Source: Octopus vulgaris (lineage: Eukaryota). Taken from it: a stretch of DNA of 64,000 bases. Numbering within the stretch: position 1 is the first letter of the stretch; each line of letters opens with the position of its first letter. This document shows, in pieces, positions 55,720 to 64,000 of the stretch. Below the pieces are notes generated by a model, which ran no database searches, was not told the origin of the DNA, and was given only the letters and a program-made list of their open reading frames with translations. The position numbers were made by a program, and so were the translations under genes. Location of the stretch: positions 100,254,001-100,318,000 of the forward strand of contig OX597815.1 of assembly GCA_951406725.2 (NCBI GenBank), given 5' to 3'.

Positions 55720-55962
55720 AGACATTCCCTTCTCCTCGATGGATTGTCTTCGTTACGACTGGGTAGCACTATTTACCCTTGCCTTATTGGATGGCCATTG
55801 ACTCTAATGAGTTTCTCCGGCATTTGACACGTCTGTCACCCTGCAGGATGTCGAAAAATCACCCTTCTCGCGAAACAAGCTTGGTGTTGTTGCCGGTTTA
55901 ACCGTCGACTACTTAACCATACAAGCAACAGGTTATACTGGATCACCGGTTACCAGTAGAAC
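55720..55962 (-). mobile_element. RTE-like 5'-leader fragment (related copy at 56992-57110, plus strand)
   Basis: Both copies share GT.CTAC.GGTAAC..GT.A.CCAG.A.AACCTGT. The RTE assignment is from memory. Confidence 0.4.
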
Positions 55963-56042
55963 AAGAACGTGTGTATGTGTGTGTGCGTGTGTGTGTGCGT
56001 GCGTGCGTGCATGCGTGCGTGTAAGTGTGTGTGTATGTATAG

Positions 56043-56378
56043 AGTAAAGGGTAAAGACCCCCTTCAGTTATGAATGACCATGGGATTGCACCTAGAAAGT
56101 TCCCCTTCGAGGCACAAGTCCAGGCAGAATTGTTTATGGTTAGACCAACAGTCGCCCATGCATACCAGCATCTCCTCTTCACGCCACTGATGTTATCCAA
56201 AGGAATGGCAAAGGCCGATATAGTCTGGCACTAGTGACGTCGCAACCCATTTCTACAGCTGTAGCAACATGAATATAAAATGTCTTGCTCAAGAACACAA
56301 TACACTGCATGGTCCGAAAATCGAACTCACTACCTCATGATTGTGAACCCAACGCTCTAACTACTGAACTATGCGCCA
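56043..56378 (-). mobile_element. tRNA-derived CORE-like SINE (further family)
   Basis: Minus strand GGCGCATAGTTCAGTAGTTAGAGCG...GAGTTCGATTT head, followed by GTGTTCTTGAGCAAGACA. Confidence 0.78.
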
Positions 56379-57231
56379 TATATGGTATACATATATACCA
56401 GGTATGTTGCAGACATTGCTGTGCGGTTAGAAAGTTCAGTTTTCAACCATGGGATTCCAAATTCAATCCTCCTACGTGGCATCTTTTCCATGTATCTTTT
56501 ACCATTGCCTCGAGTTGACCCGAGTCTTGTAAGTGAAATCGTATATACAGATAGACTGTACCAAGCACAGGGTTTGTTACGCATAGTGTCACGCTTATTC
56601 TACCTTCGGTTTAATTACATTAAGAACACAAATCTCTATACAACACTGAGCTTTTTTACTCATGGAAGGAAGGGCAACGCCCACGACCCGCACCTCCGAG
56701 ACTGATGGGGTAAATAAGAGATATTATGCTCTGACAAGAAACTTGCCCCGAATGCGTGCAATAGAATGATCTCTGTTAATGATACCCAAGTACTAAAAAG
56801 GGGGTTTAAATTGGACGACCGATTAACTCCACAGCCATATGTATGTATGATTAACTCCACAGCCAGTATGTATGTATGTATGTATGTATGTATGTATGTA
56901 TGTATGTATGTATGTATGTATGTATGTATGTGCATACGCTCGTGCGTAAGTATGTACATATGTACGTATGTGTTTATGTATGTATGTACTGCAAGTGCTA
57001 CAGGTAACATGTAACCCAGCACAACCTGTCGCATGATCAAGCCGTAGAAGTCAACAGCAATCGAACAACTGGGAGTGAGAGACCCTTAGTCTTTGTTTAG
57101 GCATCTCTTAAGGAAAGAGAAATTCTGAAATAACATTCGCATCATTGCGAAGCTGGAAACCTTGCTCTTGCTTTGTTTCTGGACTATTCAGTTTTGCGGC
57201 CGGCAATCTTAGCGGTGTCATGCAAACTGTT

Positions 57232-57537
57232 TCGTCGCCCTTTTCAAGCCTAGCCAGGCTCATGAGCCCGGTTTCCCGGTTTCTGTGGCGTATGTGTTCC
57301 ACTCAGCTGGACGGGACGCCAGTCCATTGCAGCGTTACTCAAGAAACAGGAAGAGAGAGTGAGAGAAAGTTGTGGCGAAAGAGTACAACAGGGGTCGCCA
57401 CCACCCCTTTCCTGAGCCTCGTGGAGCTTTTAGGTGTTTTCGCTCAATAAACACACACAACGCCCGGTCTGGGAATCGAAACCGCAATCCTCCGACCGCG
57501 AGTCCGCTGCCCTAAACACTGGGCCATTGCGCCTCCA
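57232..57537 (-). mobile_element. Family-C-headed SINE with GATGGACTGGCGTCCCGTCCAG-type tail
   Basis: 13-bp TSD CATGCAAACTGTT at 57219-57231 and 57538-57550. Intact A/B boxes. Confidence 0.92.
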
Positions 57538-58088
57538 CATGCAAACTGTTATCAACTTTAATTTTCTTCTTCTTCTTCTTCTTCTTCTTCTTCTTCTTCT
57601 TCTTCTTCTTCTTCTTCTTCTTCTTCTTCTTCTTCTTCTTCTTCGTCTTCTTCCTCTTCTTCTTCTTCTCCTTTTCCTTTTTAGTCTTTCCTTTACTCGG
57701 ACAAACGCCTTTCCTTTCATTTGAAACAAACTTCACTCTCTAATCCATTTATTTGTAAAATTCATATTCCGCCATTGATACTACTAACCCGTCCATATCA
57801 CACTTAAAACACGTCTCCCGTGTGAACAAAAAGGCATGAATGACTCAAGATTGAGAATGGTAAGTACACAACTTACCTCCTGACGATGCCAAACACCGAC
57901 GAGACTTCTAAAACCTTGTAAACTTTTCCTTTGAAACTACTTTAAACTTACAAAGATCAAATATGAACCGGAAAACTGACAAAAATACAAGCAAACATGA
58001 AAAATAACCACAGCCATAACTATAATAATCTATAATAATATACATACATTCATATATATATACATACATACATACATACATACATACA

Positions 58089-58120
<32 letters not shown>

Positions 58121-58369
58121 GATATACATATACATGTATGAACATCGTGTGTGTGTGTGATTATGTATGTATGAACATATTTGTGTGTGTGTACGTATGA
58201 TTATAACAGCTGGGTGTTATAATCGTAAGTAACACTCTCCCCTTGGCAATGAGTACTGTTTTAACCTTCTTGGTTATACTTACATATTTTGTATGTGTGT
58301 ATGTGTTCGTACGTGTGTGCGCGCGCGTGGTGAGTGTGTGCAAGCAAAGAGACATTTTGTATCTGAATT

Positions 58370-58640
58370 CCAAAGAAAATTGTAAGTTTTATAACTCAAA
58401 ATGTTACACCAGACAAATAAGTACGACGCCTTCTCGTCCGTTGACCAGGAATTTACAAGGATCATTTAAAGATACTATGATACAATGCACGATGTAAAAT
58501 TAGATAGAAAAGCATTACCATTATCTAAAGAATTCCACAAAACCGAAAAAAGATTAGTAACTACAAATGTTTTATTAAATGCATAATGCAGATCCATAAA
58601 ATTAGCGCATATATCTAGCACTCGTGAAATAACCTTGAAA
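58370..58640 (+). mobile_element. Very decayed PLE GIY-YIG remnant
   Basis: SKCYTRQISTTPSRPLTRNLQGSFK resembles the recalled YIG.TTTTLSRRLT.H pattern. Confidence 0.35.
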
Positions 58641-58881
58641 TCTAACAGGGCTTAACTGGTGAATGATTTTGACCCCAATGTTAACTATACTATATCAGTT
58701 ATAATAGCTTTTTATCTTAGTTTGTCGTCTGTGGTGAAGCACGCGAATTATCCGCTAACATCACGACCATATCATTTAAATAATGAAACCAAGAAGATCT
58801 TGAAATATTAATAGAATTAGAAAATCTACTGTTCCGAAATAAACATAAAGAATTGAAAATTCTTGAGCACAATTGTACCTT

Positions 58882-58933
<52 letters not shown>

Positions 58934-59015
58934 ATATATTTATGTAACATATAGTATAATTATAAGTAGGGAAAACTTTAGCCATTTCCCTGCAGACGGA
59001 AAAAAAATTATGAAC

Positions 59016-59060
59016 AACCTTAATCGATTTTCGAACTTTATTGCGTTCTCATCAGAGGCG
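59016..59060 (-). ncRNA. Canonical minimal type-I hammerhead ribozyme motif
   Basis: Minus strand CGCCT-CTGATGA-GAAC-GCAATAAA-GTTC-GAAA-ATCGAT-TA^AGGTT: exact core, perfect stem II, palindromic stem III AATCGATT, stem I GCCU/AGGU. Confidence 0.82.
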
Positions 59061-59345
59061 TCTACATTATTCCGATAGCCTCCAGATAAAAAAAAAAGCA
59101 GCCAAACTGTTGATATACTCAACAAATGCAGCAGTTACTCTATGAAGGAGTCCCTAATTTGCATACTGAAAATGGTTAACACTCTATAAATACCAGCGAT
59201 AAATATATGTATATATATGTGTGTGTGTGTGTATGCATAACGATGTTCTGATAAAGAATTTATGACATTTTTTAAAAACAATATTTTAACTCCTTTTTAT
59301 ACTTAATAAAACTGTATCAAATAATACTCACAAGAACTTTTAAAG

Positions 59346-59431
<86 letters not shown>

Positions 59432-59434
<3 letters not shown>

Positions 59435-59595
59435 ATGGGCTTCTTTCAGTTTCCGGTTACCAAATCTACTCCAAGGCTTTGGTCGGCCCGAGGCTATAGT
59501 AGAAAACACTTGACCAAGGTGCCACGCAGTGCGACTGAACCCGGAACTATGTGGTTGGGAAGCAAGCTTCTTATCACATAATCATGCCCGTGCCT
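59432..59595 (-). mobile_element. Family-B SINE 5' half
   Basis: Head and CORE-like segment, ending at the internal microsatellite. Confidence 0.85.
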
Positions 59596-59625
59596 ATGTG
59601 TGTGTGTGTGTGTGTGTGTGCGTGC

Positions 59626-59727
<102 letters not shown>

Positions 59728-59739
59728 ATATATATATCG

Positions 59740-61249
59740 AATAGCGAGAATGAATGCTGAACACGCGAGAATGAATGGGAAGACGGTGATGGAATTAAGA
59801 ACTTTAGAAAGTTCTTAATTCCATCACCGTCTTCCCAAAACAAGTTATAAAAAATGAACTTAAAGATTATTTGTCCTCTATAAAATATATATCCCGCGGT
59901 GTCAAACATGCAACCGTATGGTTGCTGTTTGACAACGAGGAACAGGCTCGCCAGTTTGCGAGCCAGCCTTTAGAAGGCAAGGAAATTCTGTTCCTTCCGT
60001 CATATTGCGGAAGAAAATTAATACGAGCCTGGGTATGTGGGTTACCCCCAGGCACCGAAGCGGATTGGATTGAAGATACCATCCGACGGGGACTGGGGGA
60101 TGGCGGGCCCAGGCTCTTAAATGTAAGGGTATTGCCGGCGGTCGATTGGGAAGGGTCAAAAGCGATTTTGACCCTGTGGACCCCATCGGCCGCAACAGAT
60201 CTGGTTTTTCCAGATTTCTTGAAAATGGCTGGCTGCAGGTATCCGGTGATACTTGAGGGACGTCCCCCCCCAAGTGTCACTCGTGCCTGCAGCCAGACCA
60301 CATTAAAAAGAACTGCCCCCAAGACCATGGTAAGGTCCTAGAACAGTCACTAGATGCCACCTCCCCTACCCGGTCAAAGGGAGGGGTGGATGTGGTCGAG
60401 GAGGCTTCAGCCTCCTCAACTCAAAAAGGATTAAAAAGGAAGAAGGCGGGCAACAATAGTTGCCCGCCGAAGGAACCTAAGGCTTCGGGAGGCGGGGAGG
60501 GAGTTTCCGGACAAAGTGGAAGAGCTCCACTCTCCCGAAGTCAGGAAGAAAAGGAAAAAAAGAAGGAAGAAGAGCGGGTCATCTCAGCGGGGAGATGATG
60601 TGCCGTCTGCATGTCCCGAAGTTGTGCCACCCACGGTTGAAGAAACGACCCCCACCCTTAAAGATGATCAATTAATTATCTTTTTCTATTAGGGCGGGGA
60701 GGTGGAAAACATAGTAGAACTGGCCTCAGCAGATAGCTGTGGGGGTCATAAGGTTTCCCTTGTGGGAAAGGCTTAAAGGATTTGGGGAGGAGTGTCGCAT
60801 ATGGCCGGGTGGCCCTTACACGACTTACATGTCCTACATGAGTGAGGTATGGGAAATGGCGGGATACAGGAACTCAAGCGGCATTGAAGATAATGATGAA
60901 TATATCGATGGATATATTGAAGAGTAGGAGGTGAAAGACCCTCGTTATAGGGTTTGAAACCTCATCTTATTGTATTATTTGTAGTGGTTTATAACCCCAA
61001 TTGTGTGTTTTAAAAAAAAGAAATGTTAAGTAAGAGCTTTTAGTGCCTCCTTCTTGTAAGAGGTTTGAAACCTCATATTGATCTTTTAAAAAAAGAAAAT
61101 ATGTTTTCGAGAAAAATCTAATCGGTGGGGGTTGGGTTTCGTCTCTCATTTACTCATTCTATTTCATTTTCATTCATTAATGTGTTTGTCCAGCCCGCAA
61201 AGCTACACACTCTTTGTACTGTCTATGATGACAAATTTTATGAAATAAA
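59740..61249 (+). mobile_element. L1/Tx1-ORF1-like retroelement lacking RT (ORF 59871-60341 plus broken continuation)
   Basis: GC-rich block with an RRM-like ORF ending YPVILEGRPP, a basic low-complexity linker, and a T-rich 3' region ending in AATAAA at about 61244-61249. No RT or endonuclease motifs. Confidence 0.55.
59776..59837. repeat. Perfect 30-bp inverted repeat with 2-nt spacer
   Basis: TGGGAAGACGGTGATGGAATTAAGAACTTT-AG-AAAGTTCTTAATTCCATCACCGTCTTCCCA. Confidence 0.98.
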
Positions 61250-61625
61250 GTAGCTTGCTTACCAACTACATAGTTCCGGGCTCAGTCCCACTGCATGGCA
61301 CCTTGGGCAAGTGTCTTCTACTATAGCCTCGGGCCGACCAAAGCCTTGTGAGTGCATTTGGCAGACGGAAACTGAAAGAAGCCTGTCGTTTATGAGTGTT
61401 TGTGTGTCTGTGTTTGTACCCCCACCATCCCTTGACAATCGATGTTGGTGTGTTTACGTCCCCGTTACTTAGCGGTTCGGCAAAAGAGGCCGATAGGATA
61501 AGCATTAGGCTTACAAAGAATAAGTGCTGGGGTTGATTTGTTCGACTAAAGGCGGTGCTCCAACATGGCCGCAGTCATATGATTGAAACAAATAAAAGAA
61601 TAAAAGAATAAAAGAATAAAAGAAA
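61250..61625 (+). mobile_element. Family-B SINE lacking its first ~24 nt; very short internal microsatellite
   Basis: Starts GTAGCTTGCTTACCAAC and ends (ATAAAAGA)n. Confidence 0.9.
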
Positions 61626-61995
61626 TATATATATATATATACACTGAGTCAATTTGAGAATGTAATTTTCTCTTTAGGGATTATGAAATCCAAAGATCAA
61701 CTGGTGTTATCGATGATATATTGAGAAAATTTTCACAATATATAGGGATAAACACTCTAATTTATAGTTATATTTATATAAGAAAATGGAGAAGAATATA
61801 TACAGGGTATTTATTGTATTTGTATCACGATAAAACCATTTCATACAAAAAAAAATTTTAAAGGAACATTAACTGACGGAAAAAGGCATAAAAAGTGCCT
61901 ACACTTGTTTCAATCTGGTCATTAGGTGAGAAATATTTCAGATCCGCAGGATTCGAATCATGTTAAAGATGTAAAACAAAAATGTAAAAAAAAAA

Positions 61996-62191
61996 TTTAA
62001 CCAGATATCATCAGGGTTATTTTATATAAAAAGCTAACGCTTACATATTTTTTCAAAACATACTGAATAAAATTGATGCGGTCCTCATCTATCTTATTCA
62101 GTATGTTTTTTACCACCAATGTGAATTCGTTTGAAAAAATAGGTAAGTGTTAGCTTTTTGTATAAAATAACCCTGATGATATCTGGTTAAA
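61996..62191. repeat. Nested inverted repeats (62-bp outer arms, inner hairpin) with CTGATGA boxes
   Basis: Outer arms 61996-62057 vs 62130-62191. Inner AAAACATACTGAATAA/TTATTCAGTATGTTTT at 62055-62109. Confidence 0.88.
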
Positions 62192-62424
62192 CTGTGGGCT
62201 TTTTTACATCAAGAACTCTATCAGCAGAAGGAAACGAGCTCAATGAACCACAGATATGCGTAAGTTGTTTCTCTTCTATCAGCAGTGAGGTTTACGTGAG
62301 TAGCATAGCTAGTTAAGAAAATATCAATAATGTAACAAGAAAAGTTCAAAAGTAAATGAAAAGAAGATCTACAGAGATGAATTTGGAGTATTACAATAAA
62401 GAATCCACAATTTGAAGACAATGA

Positions 62425-62705
62425 TCCTTTCTATTATTGACAAAAGATCTCAAATTTGGGGGAGCTGGAGCAAATCGATCACATGGACCCCAGTGCTCAA
62501 TCCTTTCTACAATAGGCACAAAAATATTTTAGGTGAAGGGGATAGTTAATCACATCAAACCCCATCGTTCATCTGGTACTTATTTCATCGACCCCGAAGA
62601 ATGAAAGGCAAAGTCGATCTCGGTGGTATATGAACTCAGACCGTAGAGACAGACGAAATGCTGCTAAGTATTCTGACCGGTGTGCTAACGATTCTGCCAG
62701 CTCAC
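62425..62705 (-). mobile_element. Family-A SINE with duplicated tail
   Basis: TCGACCCCGAAGAATGAAAGGCAAAGTCGATCTCGG...GCTAACGATTCTGCCAGCTC. The tail segment ATCCTTTCTA occurs twice. Confidence 0.8.
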
Positions 62706-63099
62706 CAAGAATAATCACAATAAAAGTACACTACGCAACAATAATAACAACAAATACCTTATTTGACCTTATGCCACAGTAAGAAATCATTCTTTATTAT
62801 TAATCTCAGTCCACAACAAGGTTTCGATTCTCAGCAGGGAATATTCACCTATCTTTCAAGGGTTATTGTCCATGATAATAGCTTGGACTTCATAACTTCA
62901 CAGTTCCCTCCTACACACACGTACATGCCCGACACACACATACACACGCGAATCTTGATCTTCATGTCAATCTACGAAGACTTTATTAACTCAGCAGCGT
63001 AGTTTTCAATTTTACCAGTACTTTGTTCTCAATGAATCATACACACATATATGTATGCATATATATACATACACACGCTTATATATACATGTACATATG

Positions 63100-63166
<67 letters not shown>

Positions 63167-63193
63167 ATGTATATATAGTTATTTACATACATA

Positions 63194-63256
<63 letters not shown>

Positions 63257-63311
63257 TTATACACATATATATATATATATACATATATATATTGATTTAT
63301 ATATATAAATG

Positions 63312-63404
<93 letters not shown>

Positions 63405-63468
63405 CTGATCTTATTATTGACATATTTTTTTTATTATTTTATTTACCATTTTTTTTGTCTCCATTCAG

Positions 63469-63555
63469 CTCTTATGATTTATACTGACCATAATCTCCAC
63501 CCTGCAACATATTTCAGATTTCATCTCAACTTCATCGTTTCTGTTTGTGTGGCAG
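63469..63555 (+). CDS. Candidate 87-nt exon
   Basis: Poly-T tract, then CCATTCAG|...GGCAG|GTGGGT. One open frame ([28 protein letters not shown]). No homology recognised. Confidence 0.25.
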
Positions 63556-63727
63556 GTGGGTGGATGGGTGTGTGTGTGTGCATGTGTATGTGTTCGTCTG
63601 TGCGTGTGTATGTGTATGTGTGCCTGTGTGCGTCTGTGTGTGTCAGTGTATTTGTATGATGTGTCTGTGTGCGTGTATGTGTGCATGTATATAAATATAC
63701 ACAGATTTATATATACACATATTTGCA

Positions 63728-63789
<62 letters not shown>

Positions 63790-63867
63790 CAAATATATAT
63801 ATGCGAATATATATATATATATATATATCATACATGTAAATAAATAATATATATATACATATATATG

Positions 63868-63910
<43 letters not shown>

Positions 63911-64000
63911 ACATATATATATGTATGTATATGTATGTAACTAACTATATATATATACATATATTAATGTACATATATATTATATATGTGTGTATGTGCA

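Noticed and set aside
57875-57910. CTGACGA-TGCC...CGAGAC hammerhead-like relic (similarly 10805-10832 and 62815-62840)
   Set aside because: Core and stems are too degenerate to support a call.

Overview
AT-rich, microsatellite-saturated animal DNA with no intact multi-exon gene visible. The SINE repertoire looks cephalopod (Octopus-like); this is inferred from recalled repeat families, not from a database search. Almost all listed ORFs are translations of (AT)n, (CA)n, (TATG)n, (GATA)n, (TAA)n or (GAA)n repeats. The real content is: several tRNA-derived SINE families; decayed Tc1/mariner, hAT and Helitron-type DNA elements; R4/Dong-like, RTE-like and L1/Tx1-ORF1-like LINE relics; and many Penelope-like element (PLE) pieces, including GIY-YIG endonuclease domains, pLTR-type tails and inverted repeats. 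The most notable signal is a set of sequence-unrelated minimal type-I hammerhead ribozyme motifs with palindromic stem III. One is fully canonical (59016-59060), one overlaps a 90-nt exon-like segment (4781-4823), one carries the compensatory U3-A8 core (37685-37726), and two identical copies have an atypical C13/G17 core in the arms of a ~400-bp inverted repeat (51273-52619). There is also a structured 5' leader on a Dong-like LINE at a (TAA)n site, and a few candidate plus-strand exons, including a 12-nt microexon at 28724-28735. Repeat boundaries were read by eye and are approximate.
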